Shown: positions 1-10,356, numbered from the stretch's first letter. The stretch is 64,000 nucleotides of DNA from a bacterium (GCA_021803465.1 JAJZLL010000008.1:8035-72034), one strand, 5' to 3'. Program-made: numbers and translations. Notes: generated by a model not told the origin, from the sequence alone.

Positions 1-89
1 GGGAAGGCTTCGTTGTGGGGTCATTCGCTGTGCTCACTATGTCATCGTAGTGGAATGGCAAATTTGTCTGCTGCAGGGGAGGACTGCCA

Positions 90-311
90 ATGCTGAGCCA
101 GATTCTGTTCGGACTCATCTTCATGGTTGTCGTGTTCATTGCCTGCGCAGTCATCATGGTGTTTCTCTCATTCATTCTTCCGCGCAGCCCTGAAGATGGG
201 CAGATGGAGAGCGAGGAGGCAGAGAGTGATGATGAACTCGTTCCACGTGGTGCGAGCCCTGAGGTGACTTCGGATGAAGATGCGGAGGAGCATACGTCTG
301 CTGTAGGATAG
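90..311 (+). CDS. small membrane-anchored protein with acidic C-terminal tail (hypothetical)
   Basis: 73-aa ORF; N-terminal hydrophobic helix (ILFGLIFMVVVFIACAVIMVFLSFIL) followed by an E/D-rich tail; no recognisable family. Confidence 0.35.
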   Translation: MLSQILFGLIFMVVVFIACAVIMVFLSFILPRSPEDGQMESEEAESDDELVPRGASPEVTSDEDAEEHTSAVG

Positions 312-363
312 ATAAAGGATTCCTTATATAGGAAATCCTTATATAGCAATTCCTTATCTATGG
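311..363. promoter_or_regulatory. AT-rich operator/promoter-like region with inverted and direct repeats (GGATTCCTTATATAGGAAATCC; TCCTTATATAG / TCCTTATCTAT) upstream of the ArsR-family regulator
   Basis: seen directly: local AT-rich island in a GC-rich genome; imperfect palindrome at 317-338 and two further copies of TCCTTAT(A/C)TA immediately 5' of the ORF at 373. Confidence 0.4.
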
Positions 364-372
364 AGCAGACCT

Positions 373-687
373 GTGACGGAGCGGATTGAGCTTCTGGATC
401 TCAGCAAGTCGTTCGAGGGACTGGCGAATCCCATCCGCCTCCTGCTTCTTGAGACCCTCTCCCGAGTGCGTGAAGCCCGTGTGTCCGAGCTTGCCATCGC
501 CTGCAGAATCAGTCAGCCGCACGTGAGCTGGCACCTTCGCCTCCTCCGTCGTGCTGGACTCGTCGTGACACGACGGGATGGACGGGAGGTGCTTTGCCGC
601 ATTGACCGGTCCGCCATCGACCAGATGTTCCAGCAACTCAACCAGGTCGTTCTACATCCCACGGAAACCCCCGCAACAACACCATAG
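373..687 (+). CDS. ArsR/SmtB-family HTH transcriptional regulator
   Basis: 104 aa; helix-turn-helix region 'LANPIRLLLLETLSRVREARVSELAIACRISQPHVSWHLRLLRRAGLV' typical of ArsR family; GTG start. Confidence 0.8.
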   Translation: MTERIELLDLSKSFEGLANPIRLLLLETLSRVREARVSELAIACRISQPHVSWHLRLLRRAGLVVTRRDGREVLCRIDRSAIDQMFQQLNQVVLHPTETPATTP

Positions 688-717
688 CAACCACAGAGAA
701 GGAGTGTGAAATCTGTC

Positions 718-1884
718 ATGAGCAGGAAAGTTCGTGTTGCAGTCATTGGCGCAGGCAACTGCGCCTCATCGTTCGTTCAGGGTGTGCAGTACTACCAGAA
801 CGCAGACCCGAAGGAGATTGTCCCTGGCCTCATGCACGTGAATCTCGGGGGGTACCACATCTCCGACATCGAGTTCAGTGCAGCATTCGACATCGACTCG
901 AAGAAGGTGGGAAAGGACCTTTCCGAGGCGATCTTCTCCGGGATGAACAACACAGTGAAATTCTCGGATGTGCCCAACCTCGGTGTTCCCGTGCAGCGTG
1001 GCATGACGCACGATGGTCTTGGCAAGTACCTGAAGGAAGTCATCACCAAGGCGCCTGGATCCACGGTTGACATTCCCCAGGTGCTCAAGGACACGGGAAC
1101 TGATGTTGTCGTGAACTACCTCCCAGTGGGAAGCGAAGAGGCAACGAAGTGGTATACCGAGCAGATTCTCTCCGCTGGCTGTGCCATGGTGAACTGCATG
1201 CCCGTATTCATTGCCCGTGAGGAGTACTGGCAGAAGCGGTTCGAGAAGGCAGGTGTGCCCATCATCGGAGACGACATCAAGTCCCAGGTTGGCGCAACCA
1301 TCATTCACCGTGTTCTCACCCGCCTCTTCAGGGACCGTGGCGTGCTGCTTGAGAACACGTACCAGCTCAATTTCGGTGGCAATACGGACTTTCTCAACAT
1401 GCTTGAGCGGGAACGGCTGGTGAGCAAGAAGATCTCGAAGACGAACAGTGTTCGTTCCCAGCTGGATCAGCCGATGGAGGATAGAAACATACACATAGGT
1501 CCTTCCGACTATGTGCCGTGGCTCAATGACCGCAAGTGGGCGTACATCCGTCTTGAGGGACGTTCCTTCGGCGATGTGCCACTCAATGTCGAACTGAAGC
1601 TTGAGGTGGTGGATTCTCCAAACAGTGCTGGCATCGTCATTGATGCAGTGCGCTGCTGCAAGCTCGCACTCGACAACAAGATTGCTGGAGCACTTGAAGG
1701 ACCATCGTCGTACTTCATGAAGTCACCCCCACGCCAGGTGCATGATTCCGTCGCCCGGGAGCTCACGGAGCAGTTCATCCATGAGTTTGGGCAGAAGGAG
1801 ATGGCTGAGACTCCAGCAGCCACATCCAGCGTAGCTGGAAAAAGCGCGAACGGAAAGGTCAGTGCACGGCCGACAGCACAGTAG
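718..1884 (+). CDS. ino1: myo-inositol-1-phosphate (inositol-3-phosphate) synthase
   Basis: near full-length match to bacterial/archaeal MIPS ([22 protein letters not shown]..., [42 protein letters not shown]); ATG at 718 with AGAAGGAG SD about 13 nt upstream; the ORF-track start at 706 is GTG. Confidence 0.95.
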   Translation: MSRKVRVAVIGAGNCASSFVQGVQYYQNADPKEIVPGLMHVNLGGYHISDIEFSAAFDIDSKKVGKDLSEAIFSGMNNTVKFSDVPNLGVPVQRGMTHDGLGKYLKEVITKAPGSTVDIPQVLKDTGTDVVVNYLPVGSEEATKWYTEQILSAGCAMVNCMPVFIAREEYWQKRFEKAGVPIIGDDIKSQVGATIIHRVLTRLFRDRGVLLENTYQLNFGGNTDFLNMLERERLVSKKISKTNSVRSQLDQPMEDRNIHIGPSDYVPWLNDRKWAYIRLEGRSFGDVPLNVELKLEVVDSPNSAGIVIDAVRCCKLALDNKIAGALEGPSSYFMKSPPRQVHDSVARELTEQFIHEFGQKEMAETPAATSSVAGKSANGKVSARPTAQ

Positions 1885-1971
1885 CAACCGCAACAGGAGA
1901 GGGGTGGTGCACAATGTGGTGTACCACCCTTTTTCCGTGACCGTGCAGCTGAGGAGCAGAATCCGACGACC

Positions 1972-2967
1972 ATGTCCAGCACGATGTTGACTGACGACCA
2001 GGATCACGCAATGCAGGCCGGGAAGTCCGGGAAGCAGTCAAGACTCCCGTATGTGGGTTTCCGGGCTGCGGAATCGCTTGTCCGTGTGCTGCCACGGCGC
2101 ACTTCATACTTCCTTGCAGCACGGCTGGCGGATGCCATGAGCATCGCACGGCCACATGCACTCGACGGGCTCAGAGCGAACCTGATGCATGTGGCACCAC
2201 AGTTGTCGAAGCGGGAACTCAGGCGACTCACAAGGCGCAACGCGGAGCATCTTGCGAGATCATGGGTCGATGTCATGGAACTCCGGTACCGCTGGAAGGA
2301 CCTCTGGGGCAGGCTTGACATTGAGAATGTTGAGAACTTCACCAATGCAGTGGACAGGCGAAAGGGTGTTGTCGTCCTTTCCATGCACTTCGGTGCCTGG
2401 GAGGAAGGACTTGCCGCATGGAACACACAGCTTCCTGGCCGGATGGCACTCCTTGCTGAGCTTCTTCGACCACAGGCCCTTCACGACCGCATTGTGGGAG
2501 CCAGGGAAGCGGCAGGTGTCCAGGTGTTTCCTGTCGATCTCGCAGCACTCCGCAACCGTGAGGATCCAGCAGCGCGGCACCGTGCATCCATGAATCTTCG
2601 TGGCGTGATGAAGCTTCTCCGTGAAGGCGGCATCATTGCGATTGCCATTGATCGTGACATTGTTGGCAATGGGGAGCCGTTTCCCTTCTTTGGAGGAACG
2701 ATCTCCGTCCCTGTAGGCGCAGTGGAGATCGCAATGCGGACTGGTGCCGCAATTGTGCCTACCGTCCTTGTGCGAAACGGGCTCAGAATCATTGGACGCC
2801 CATTTCCTGAGATTCCATATGATCGGGACAAGCCAGTCATCGAGGAGGCACGGCGAGTAATCTCCACAGTGCTGCCCATGTTCGAGGAGGTCATCCGATC
2901 CAACCCTGAGCAGTGGCATGTCATGGATCCCCTGTGGAATGACATGGACAGGGAGCAGCAGCAGTGA
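1972..2967 (+). CDS. lysophospholipid acyltransferase (LPLAT/HtrB-LpxL superfamily), PatA-like PIM acyltransferase candidate
   Basis: 331 aa with LPLAT-type fold signatures; positioned between ino1 and pimA-like genes as in the mycobacterial pgsA1-patA-pimA cluster; stop overlaps the next gene start (GTGA). Confidence 0.75.
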   Translation: MSSTMLTDDQDHAMQAGKSGKQSRLPYVGFRAAESLVRVLPRRTSYFLAARLADAMSIARPHALDGLRANLMHVAPQLSKRELRRLTRRNAEHLARSWVDVMELRYRWKDLWGRLDIENVENFTNAVDRRKGVVVLSMHFGAWEEGLAAWNTQLPGRMALLAELLRPQALHDRIVGAREAAGVQVFPVDLAALRNREDPAARHRASMNLRGVMKLLREGGIIAIAIDRDIVGNGEPFPFFGGTISVPVGAVEIAMRTGAAIVPTVLVRNGLRIIGRPFPEIPYDRDKPVIEEARRVISTVLPMFEEVIRSNPEQWHVMDPLWNDMDREQQQ

Positions 2968-4112
2968 AGATCTGCATTGTTTCTCCCTACGACTACCTCC
3001 ACCCGGGAGGTGTCTCTGAGCACGTGCGTCACCTTGCCCACGAGCTGGATCACAGGGGACATGAAGTGGTGGTCATGGCTCCCTCAAGCAAGGTGGGTGA
3101 CAATCATGGCATTCCCGGCTTCGTCCGCATTGGTCGGAGCGTCCCCATTCGCAGCAACGGTTCTGTCGCACGGATTGCACTTTCCTTCCATCTCGTGAAG
3201 CGCATCCGTGCCCTCCTTGCGGAGGAGGACTTTGATGTCGTCCACTATCATGAGCCGCTTGTTCCAGCCCTGCCCATCACTGTCCTCCGTTTCCATCGGG
3301 GAGTGAATGTCGGAACCTTCCACGCTGTATCGAAGCGGAATGTCGGCTACTACTATGGACGTCCGTTTCTCAAGCGGTACTTCAACAGGCTTCACGCTTG
3401 CATTGCGGTGTCCGAGCCTGCCCGGACATTTGTGCGGACGTATTTCAATGGGGACATCGAGGTGGTTCCGAACGGCATTGACTGCTCAAGGTTCACTCCG
3501 GACCATGAGCCGATAAGCGCGCTCCATGCACGCGGGAAGAAGACGATCCTCTTTGTCGGCAGGCTTGAGAAGCGGAAGGGAGCTGGCACGCTCCTTGCTG
3601 CATTCAGGGAGCTTCGTGCGAGGCGGGATGATGTGCAGCTTGTCATCGTTGGTGAGGGACCACTCAGGGAATCGCTCGAACAGGAGATAGCTGCTGAACG
3701 GATTCCTGATGTCATCTTCTGTGGGAGGGCTTCACCTGAGGAGCTTCCCCGGTACTACGCTTCAGCTCAGGTGTTCTGTTCTCCCGCAACTGGAGGCGAG
3801 AGCTTTGGCATTGTTCTTCTCGAGGCAATGGCGACAGGAATACCTGTTGTCGCCTCAGCCATACCAGGCTTCAGCCATGTCATCACAGCAGGCTATGATG
3901 GAATACTTGTCCCGGCCAAGCGTCCAGCAATGTGGGCGAAAACGCTGGATCAGCTGCTTGACAACCACGAGATGAGACGGCTACTTGGGGAAGGTGGCAT
4001 GACGACAGCAAAACGGTTTGACTGGAGCAGGGTTGTGGATGATGTGCTTGCTGTGTACAGCGTTGCCCAGGAACGGGCTTTACTCAACAAGGTGGCTGCT
4101 GATGTTTACTGA
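2964..4112 (+). CDS. pimA: GT4-family glycosyltransferase, PimA-like (phosphatidylinositol mannosyltransferase candidate)
   Basis: 382 aa; GT-B/GT4 motifs (KICIVSPYDY...GG at N-terminus; E-x7-E region 'GGESFGIVLLEAMATGIPVV'); GTG start overlapping the upstream stop. Confidence 0.8.
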   Translation: MKICIVSPYDYLHPGGVSEHVRHLAHELDHRGHEVVVMAPSSKVGDNHGIPGFVRIGRSVPIRSNGSVARIALSFHLVKRIRALLAEEDFDVVHYHEPLVPALPITVLRFHRGVNVGTFHAVSKRNVGYYYGRPFLKRYFNRLHACIAVSEPARTFVRTYFNGDIEVVPNGIDCSRFTPDHEPISALHARGKKTILFVGRLEKRKGAGTLLAAFRELRARRDDVQLVIVGEGPLRESLEQEIAAERIPDVIFCGRASPEELPRYYASAQVFCSPATGGESFGIVLLEAMATGIPVVASAIPGFSHVITAGYDGILVPAKRPAMWAKTLDQLLDNHEMRRLLGEGGMTTAKRFDWSRVVDDVLAVYSVAQERALLNKVAADVY

Positions 4113-4710
4113 GAAATTCCAGGCATGGGTACGGGCATCAGCCCAGCGGCTCGTGCGCACTCTTCCCATCCACAAGGTCAACCCCAATGCCCTGACCCTT
4201 GCGGGTCTTGTCATCACATGCATTGCGGCTGTGCTCATTGGTTCAGGATTCCTTCTTGCTGGAGGCATCGTCCTACTCCTTGCTGCAGCATTCGACATCC
4301 TTGATGGTGCAGTGGCCCGGGCAACAAACCATGTACGGAAGTACGGCGCATTCCTTGACTCGACCACAGACCGCTATGCGGAGAGTGCGACGTACCTTGC
4401 CCTTCTCACCTATTTCCTCTTCCAGCATGCCCCTCCACTCATCTGCCTCATGGTCATGGTTTCCCTGGAAGGATCCCTGCTAGTGTCGTACGTGCGTGCA
4501 CGTGCGCAGTCGCTCGGCTTTGCCTGCGAGGGGGGGCTGTTCGCTAGGCCCGAGCGGGTCATTCTCACAGTCATTGGCCTTGTCATTCCCTACACCCTTG
4601 TCGCGGTCGTTGTGCTGCTCGCGATCGCGACGAACGTGACAGCAATCCAGCGGATTCTCATTGTGTGGAAGCAGGACAGGGCGCATCTCGTGCCTGAGAA
4701 GGACCAGTAG
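4102..4710 (+). CDS. CDP-alcohol phosphatidyltransferase (phosphatidylinositol-phosphate synthase candidate)
   Basis: CDP-OH transferase motif D-x2-DG-x2-AR-x8-G-x3-D-x3-D (DILDGAVARATNHVRKYGAFLDSTTDRYAE); multiple TM helices; ATG at 4102 overlaps the pimA stop. Confidence 0.85.
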   Translation: MFTEKFQAWVRASAQRLVRTLPIHKVNPNALTLAGLVITCIAAVLIGSGFLLAGGIVLLLAAAFDILDGAVARATNHVRKYGAFLDSTTDRYAESATYLALLTYFLFQHAPPLICLMVMVSLEGSLLVSYVRARAQSLGFACEGGLFARPERVILTVIGLVIPYTLVAVVVLLAIATNVTAIQRILIVWKQDRAHLVPEKDQ

Positions 4711-4838
4711 CTTCCCACCACGGAGGAGTGCGCGTGTGCCACGATGAGCATGGCCATGGTGGACGCCATCGTGTGTAGGAACACATGTTGGGCCAATGAA
4801 CCCGGCAGCAGATGCGGCCGTAAGAGGAGGAACATCCA

Positions 4839-5612
4839 ATGGATCTTGGGCTTGAGGGAGTGCCTGTTCTTGTCACTGCAGCTACGAAGGGGCTGGGACG
4901 TGCTGTTGCGGAGGAGTTCGCCCATGAGGGTGCACGAGTTGCCATCTGCGCTCGGACAGGGGATGCTGTTGCATCGACAGCATCACGACTCCTGGAACTT
5001 CACGCTGATGCTGCGGGATTTCCCTGTGATGTGAGTGATCCTTCCGCAGTGCGGGAGCTCGTCCAGAACACAGTGGCAGCGTTTGGAGGCCTCACTTCAC
5101 TCGTCGTGAATGCGGGTGGACCGCCTGTGGGCACCTGGGAGACCTGCACGGATGAGCAGTGGCAGCGCGCATTCGACCTCACACTCATGAGTGCTGTGCA
5201 TCTCATCCGTGAGGCTGAGCCCCACCTCCGTGCATCAGGCGAGGGCAGCATCGTCCTCATCTCGTCAACTTCCGTCAGGCAGCCCATCAAGGGACTCCTG
5301 CTCAGCAATGCTCTTCGCCTTGCAGTGCAGGGACTCGCGAAGGATCTTGCGCGGGAACTCGCTCCAACCATCCGGGTGAATGTTGTCCTCCCGGGAAGGT
5401 ACCGCACGGACAGGACCCTTCAGCGTGCAGCTGGGCATCCGGGTGGAATAGAGCAGTTTGTCGCTGATGAGTCGAAGGACATTCCCCTTGGTCGCTTCGG
5501 TGATCCACAGGAGCTTGCGAAGCTTGTCGTCTTCCTCTCCTCTTCCGCTGCCTCATATGTCACTGGCAGCACATGCACTGCGGATGGGGGACTGGTTGCC
5601 ACTCCTGTATAG
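4839..5612 (+). CDS. short-chain dehydrogenase/reductase (SDR) family oxidoreductase
   Basis: TAATKGLGRA Rossmann motif, NAG, and a degenerate Y-x3-K catalytic motif (here S-x3-A-x3-K: SNALRLAVQGLAKDLAREL); ATG with AAGAGGAGG SD. Confidence 0.85.
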   Translation: MDLGLEGVPVLVTAATKGLGRAVAEEFAHEGARVAICARTGDAVASTASRLLELHADAAGFPCDVSDPSAVRELVQNTVAAFGGLTSLVVNAGGPPVGTWETCTDEQWQRAFDLTLMSAVHLIREAEPHLRASGEGSIVLISSTSVRQPIKGLLLSNALRLAVQGLAKDLARELAPTIRVNVVLPGRYRTDRTLQRAAGHPGGIEQFVADESKDIPLGRFGDPQELAKLVVFLSSSAASYVTGSTCTADGGLVATPV

Positions 5613-5628
5613 AAGCCTGGGCTTCCTC

Positions 5629-5985
5629 CTAGAGGATGCATGCGAGCCAGAGGATGAGTGTGGCATAGCCAAGCATGAGCGCAGCAGTGTTGGCTCTGCC
5701 AGAAGAGCTGCTGTGGGATCTTTGCCATGCGCGGCCAAGATACCCTCCAAGAAGTGCAAGTCCGCCAAGGGGTCCAGGACTCCAGAAGATGATGGGGAAG
5801 ATGATGTCATTGAAGAATGTGTGGGGGAGAAGGGAGCCCTTGCTGAAGTACACTTCGAAAACCTCGGCCCCTGCGATGAGAATTCCCACAGTTCCCAAGA
5901 TGATGCCAACCATCCCGGTGTGCTTCCGAGGCAGTGTGATGCGGTCCATGCGTAGCCCCTTCTCGTAGTGTTGGTGTGCTGCCAT
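5629..5985 (-). CDS. hypothetical small membrane protein
   Basis: 118-aa ORF with 2-3 hydrophobic helices; no family recognised; could be shorter (internal Met starts). Confidence 0.3.
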   Translation of the reverse strand: MAAHQHYEKGLRMDRITLPRKHTGMVGIILGTVGILIAGAEVFEVYFSKGSLLPHTFFNDIIFPIIFWSPGPLGGLALLGGYLGRAWQRSHSSSSGRANTAALMLGYATLILWLACIL

Positions 5986-6075
5986 TATCCCAGTCTTGGC
6001 AGCATGCTCCGCGTTGGCTCATGGGCCATGGGCATAATGGAAGGGCATTGATCCGCACTAGGGAGAACTGGGCTG

Positions 6076-7071
6076 GTGCCAGCGAGTATTGGAAATGGAG
6101 CTCTTCGCACTGCCTGTCTCCACGCAATCGAGCAGGACAGGTTTCCTGGCACCCTCCTTCTGGCTGGACCAGAACATGTTGGCAAGACACGCCTTGTGAG
6201 GGAGATCGTTCCCCATCTTGTCGATATGTCCTCGTGGCGAGGGCCGCTTGAGGAGCATCCGGATGTGTGGTGGGATGATGCAGAGGAAACCTTCTCCATC
6301 AGCAGGGTGAAGGAGCTGAGGGGAAAGGGAGACCGGTCGCTCCGCGAGTTTCTCTCTCTTGCCCCATACGGGTCACGTCACCGCATCGCATTCATAGGTG
6401 GAGCGCAGCGCATGACTGTCGATGCTGCGAACGCCCTTCTGAAGACGCTGGAGGAACCGCCTGAACGGACACATATTGTGCTCACTGTTCCCAATGAGGA
6501 GATGGTGCCTGCAACTGTGCTGTCGAGGGCAATGGTGATGCATGCAGTTCCAGTGCCTACTGCGGACATCGTGGCGTGGCTTGTCAGGGAGCATGGTGTC
6601 GAAGAGAGGTTCGCATTGCAGTACGCCCGCCATGCAGAAGGGTGTCCTGGCCGTGCAGTCGGATACGTGGAAAATCCCGGGAGACTCGCAGCAGAGGATG
6701 CGTTGGCAACGCTCCTCCTGGAGCAGGGAGGCAAGGGTCTCCTTGGCGGACTTGGACTCGTGTCAACCATCGTTCAGCAGTCCGCAAGCGCGAGGGACCA
6801 TGCGAGGGAGGCACTTGTCGTGTGGCAGTCACTGCTCGCTGATGTTGCTGCACTCCATACAGGGCGTCCTGACCGCTGCGTGTGGAAGGAATATGAAAGT
6901 GAGGTCGCAGCCCTGGCTGCTGCGCTCCCAGCAGCAGCAGCAGTACGCAATCTCGCTGCACTACGAGATGCTGGTACAGCACTCGACCAGTATGCGCATC
7001 CAAAGCTTGTCCTGGATGTCGTGATGTTCGCGCTCTTTGCCTCAGACCACCCCCTTCCTGCGGTACGTTAA
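6076..7071 (+). CDS. holB: DNA polymerase III delta' subunit
   Basis: Walker A 'LLLAGPEHVGKTRL', clamp-loader motifs 'ANALLKTLEEPP' and 'TVLSRA'. Confidence 0.8.
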   Translation: MPASIGNGALRTACLHAIEQDRFPGTLLLAGPEHVGKTRLVREIVPHLVDMSSWRGPLEEHPDVWWDDAEETFSISRVKELRGKGDRSLREFLSLAPYGSRHRIAFIGGAQRMTVDAANALLKTLEEPPERTHIVLTVPNEEMVPATVLSRAMVMHAVPVPTADIVAWLVREHGVEERFALQYARHAEGCPGRAVGYVENPGRLAAEDALATLLLEQGGKGLLGGLGLVSTIVQQSASARDHAREALVVWQSLLADVAALHTGRPDRCVWKEYESEVAALAAALPAAAAVRNLAALRDAGTALDQYAHPKLVLDVVMFALFASDHPLPAVR

Positions 7072-7075
7072 CGTC

Positions 7076-8359
7076 ATGGAATGGTTTGATGCAGTTCCGT
7101 TCATGATTGGCTGCGCTGACGCAGCCCACCAGGTCGAGGGCAATCTCGTCAACGACTGGACAGTCTTTGAGGAAACCCATCCAGAAGCGATTGCGGACAG
7201 GAGCAGATCCGGGATTGCCTGTGACACATATCACAGGTATGAGGAGGATCTGGACCGTCTTGCAGCACTTCATGGGAACGCCTACAGATTCTCCATCGAA
7301 TGGTCGAGGGTCGAGCCGCACGAGGGTGTCATTGATGCGAAGGCGCTGGAGCACTACCGGAAGGTGATTGCTGCATGCAGGGAGCGGGGTATCGAGCCAA
7401 TTGTCACTCTCCACCACTTCACACTTCCCGTGTGGCTGGCGCACAGGGGAGGAATTCTCGCGAGTGATGTTCCCTATGCGTTTGCCCGGTACGCTGCGGC
7501 TTGCGTGGCAGCCCTCGGCGATATTGTCACATGGTGGGTCACTGTCAATGAGCCGAATGTCCTCGCAGTGATGTCGTACCTCTATGGGTACTGGCCACCC
7601 CAGGAGCATTCCCTCCCAAAGACTGTCCATGCCTTCGCCCAGCTTGCCCGGATGCACGCTGCAGCAACAGTCGCAGTGCGGGATGTGGCAGCAAGGAACG
7701 GGTGGACAGCGCACGTTTCATTTGCCCACCATGTGCGGCCCTTCCAGCCTGCAAACCCAATGCTTCCCAGTGACGTTGCAGCTGCAGCCTCCATGGACTG
7801 GCTCTTCAATTCCTGGATGCTGGAAGCGTGCAGAACGGGCAGGCTCCTGCCACCGATTGGCCGTGGTGAGGAGGTGTACGGACTCCGGGGATCCCTTGAC
7901 TATCTGGGAATCAACCACTATACGGGTGAGGAGGTGCATCTCACACTTCGCGGTGCTGAGGTGAAGCCACGCAGGGGATATCCACTCACAGAAAATTCCC
8001 TTGCCATTGATCCTCTGCTCTTCGAATCCGTACTCATCTCGGCATGGGACACCTACCACCTCCCAATTCTCGTGACCGAGAACGGAGTGGCAGACCGCAC
8101 TGACGATTTGCGCCCAGCATTTCTTGAGGACCATCTGCATGCAGTGCAGCGTGCGCGGGCGAATGGCATACCTGTCCTCGGCTACTGTTACTGGAGTCTC
8201 CTCGACAACTTCGAGTGGCATGAAGGGTATTCAATGCACTTCGGCCTGTTCGCTGTGGATCGGACTTCACTCGAGCGCACTCCACGGCCAAGCGCAGAGA
8301 CATTCTCGCGCATCGCAGGGGAGATGGCTGGGGAACGGGTGCCCATCGTTCCCCGGTAA
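7076..8359 (+). CDS. GH1 family beta-glucosidase
   Basis: GH1 signatures: N-terminal 'FMIGCADAAHQVEGN', acid/base 'TVNEPN', nucleophile 'LVTENGVAD'; start set just after the holB stop. Confidence 0.9.
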   Translation: MEWFDAVPFMIGCADAAHQVEGNLVNDWTVFEETHPEAIADRSRSGIACDTYHRYEEDLDRLAALHGNAYRFSIEWSRVEPHEGVIDAKALEHYRKVIAACRERGIEPIVTLHHFTLPVWLAHRGGILASDVPYAFARYAAACVAALGDIVTWWVTVNEPNVLAVMSYLYGYWPPQEHSLPKTVHAFAQLARMHAAATVAVRDVAARNGWTAHVSFAHHVRPFQPANPMLPSDVAAAASMDWLFNSWMLEACRTGRLLPPIGRGEEVYGLRGSLDYLGINHYTGEEVHLTLRGAEVKPRRGYPLTENSLAIDPLLFESVLISAWDTYHLPILVTENGVADRTDDLRPAFLEDHLHAVQRARANGIPVLGYCYWSLLDNFEWHEGYSMHFGLFAVDRTSLERTPRPSAETFSRIAGEMAGERVPIVPR

Positions 8360-8437
8360 GAGGGTTGCTCCGGAAAGGATCGTTGTGTGGGACTTGCTAC
8401 ACTTGAAGTGCACTGAAGAGGCTGTAGGGAGAGAATC

Positions 8438-8728
8438 ATGACGTACGTGATCACTGAAGCGTGCATCGATGTGAAGGACAAGTCGTGCATTGATGTCTGT
8501 CCAGTGGACTGCATCCATGAGGTGGATGAGGACCGCATGGTGTACATCGATCCGGAAGAGTGCATTGACTGTGGAGCGTGTGTCGATCCGTGTCCAGTGG
8601 ACGCGATCTATGCGGATGATGAGCTTCCCGATGAAAGTGCGCAGTACATCGCCCTCAATGCGGATTACTTCAAGGATGCTGCCGGTGTCCGTGCAAAGGT
8701 CGATGCGCTCAAGCCAAGAGAAGCGTAA
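8438..8728 (+). CDS. fdxA: 7Fe ([3Fe-4S][4Fe-4S]) ferredoxin
   Basis: 'TYVITEACIDVKDKSCIDVCPVDCIH...CIDCGACVDPCPVDAI' cysteine pattern typical of Thermus/actinobacterial 7Fe ferredoxins. Confidence 0.9.
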   Translation: MTYVITEACIDVKDKSCIDVCPVDCIHEVDEDRMVYIDPEECIDCGACVDPCPVDAIYADDELPDESAQYIALNADYFKDAAGVRAKVDALKPREA

Positions 8729-8865
8729 CCCTCTCCACAGTCCTCCGTTTACCCATGCATGGAATTTCGTGGTGCGCAGAGCAAGATGAATTGGTATTCT
8801 AGGGGCAATGCTGCTGCGGGAGCTGCAAGGATCGGGTATTCGGACACGCCGGAGGAATGCGAACG

Positions 8866-10356
8866 ATGAGCAATGAAGAACTGGTGCTGCCTGCGGAATC
8901 GAGCAGGGCAGTGACAATTACTCCTGATGGTGAACCAGTTGGCTCCTCCCAGGAACTCGTCTCACGGTCACGGGAGATCGGCGTGGAATTTGTGGATCTC
9001 CGCTTCACGGATCTCATTGGCAGCTGGCATCATCTCACCATACCCATCTCCGAGTTCTCCGAGAGCCTCTTCCGGGATGGCATCGGCTTTGACGGCTCGA
9101 GCATCCGTGGCTTCCAGAAGATCCATGAGAGCGACATGCTGCTCCGGCCGGACTACACCAGGGCATTTGTCGACCCCTGCTGCGAGGTGCCAACACTCTC
9201 CATCGTCTGCGACATCTGGGATCCGCTCACGAAGCAGGCCTACTCCAGGGACCCACGGTACATAGCGAAGAAGGCGGAAGCGTACCTTGCGACGACCGGA
9301 ATCGCGGACACCTCGTACTGGGGACCTGAAGTGGAGTTCTACATCTTCAACTCTGTCCGGTTTGACCAGACGATGCATGAAGGGTATTACATGCTCGATT
9401 CCGAGGAAGGAATCTGGAACAGCGGCATGGACTCCGAGTACAATCTCGGTCACAGGCCCCGGGCAAAGGGTGGATACTTTCCCGTGCCCCCAGTTGACCG
9501 GTTCCAGGATCTCCGGAGCCGCATTGTCAGGGCCATGTTCCAGGCGGGTGTTGACATCGAAGTCCACCACCATGAAGTGGGAACAGGTGGACAGACGGAG
9601 ATTGACATGCGCTTCTCCAAGCTCGTGGAGATGGCGGACAAGGTCATGGCGTACAAGTATGTCGTGAAGAATGTCTGCTTCCAGTACGGATATACCGCCA
9701 CATTCATGCCAAAGCCAATGTTCGGTGACAATGGAAGTGGCATGCACACGCACCAGTCGCTCTGGAAGGATGGATCCCCCCTGTTCTACGATGAAAAGGG
9801 ATATGCCATGCTGAGCGATCTCGCACGATGGTACATTGGGGGGCTCCTCACGCATGCGCCTGCACTGCTAGCTTTCGCGGCTCCAACAACGAACAGCTAC
9901 AGGCGTCTCGTTCCCGGCTATGAAGCTCCGATAAAGCTTGCATACAGTGCCCGGAACAGGAGCGCCTGCATCCGCATTCCGATGTACAACGATGCGCCGC
10001 ACGCCCGCCGCCTTGAGTTCCGCTCCCCGGATCCGATGTGCAATCCCTACCTTTCATTCGCATCGATGCTCATGGCTGGTCTTGATGGCATCCGCAACAA
10101 GATTGAGCCACCCGCACCTGTCGATGTTGACCTGTACGAGCTTACCGGTCCTGAAGCGGACAAGGTGAAGAATCTTCCAGGCTCGCTTGCAGAGGTGCTC
10201 GATGCTCTTGAGGCTGACCACGATTTCCTCTACGAGGGAGGAGTCTTCACGGAGGATGTGGTCAGGACCTGGATTGACTACAAGCGGGAGAATGAGGTTG
10301 AGCCAATGGCGCTCAGACCGCATCCCTACGAGTTCATGCTGTACTACGATGCATGA
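8866..10356 (+). CDS. glnA: glutamine synthetase, type I
   Basis: full-length GSI match ([48 protein letters not shown]); ATG at 8866 has GGAGGA SD 9 nt upstream (an ATG at 8857 is too close to the SD). Confidence 0.95.
   Translation: MSNEELVLPAESSRAVTITPDGEPVGSSQELVSRSREIGVEFVDLRFTDLIGSWHHLTIPISEFSESLFRDGIGFDGSSIRGFQKIHESDMLLRPDYTRAFVDPCCEVPTLSIVCDIWDPLTKQAYSRDPRYIAKKAEAYLATTGIADTSYWGPEVEFYIFNSVRFDQTMHEGYYMLDSEEGIWNSGMDSEYNLGHRPRAKGGYFPVPPVDRFQDLRSRIVRAMFQAGVDIEVHHHEVGTGGQTEIDMRFSKLVEMADKVMAYKYVVKNVCFQYGYTATFMPKPMFGDNGSGMHTHQSLWKDGSPLFYDEKGYAMLSDLARWYIGGLLTHAPALLAFAAPTTNSYRRLVPGYEAPIKLAYSARNRSACIRIPMYNDAPHARRLEFRSPDPMCNPYLSFASMLMAGLDGIRNKIEPPAPVDVDLYELTGPEADKVKNLPGSLAEVLDALEADHDFLYEGGVFTEDVVRTWIDYKRENEVEPMALRPHPYEFMLYYDA

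Noticed and set aside
766-1494. 242-aa ORF on the minus strand inside ino1
   Set aside because: Antisense to a strongly supported gene; typical spurious long ORF of a high-GC genome; no recognisable family.
6584-7714. 376-aa minus-strand ORF spanning holB and the GH1 gene
   Set aside because: Antisense to two well-supported genes; Arg/Pro/Cys-rich composition characteristic of wrong-frame translation of GC-rich DNA.
8968-9855. 295-aa minus-strand ORF inside glnA
   Set aside because: Antisense to glutamine synthetase; no motifs.
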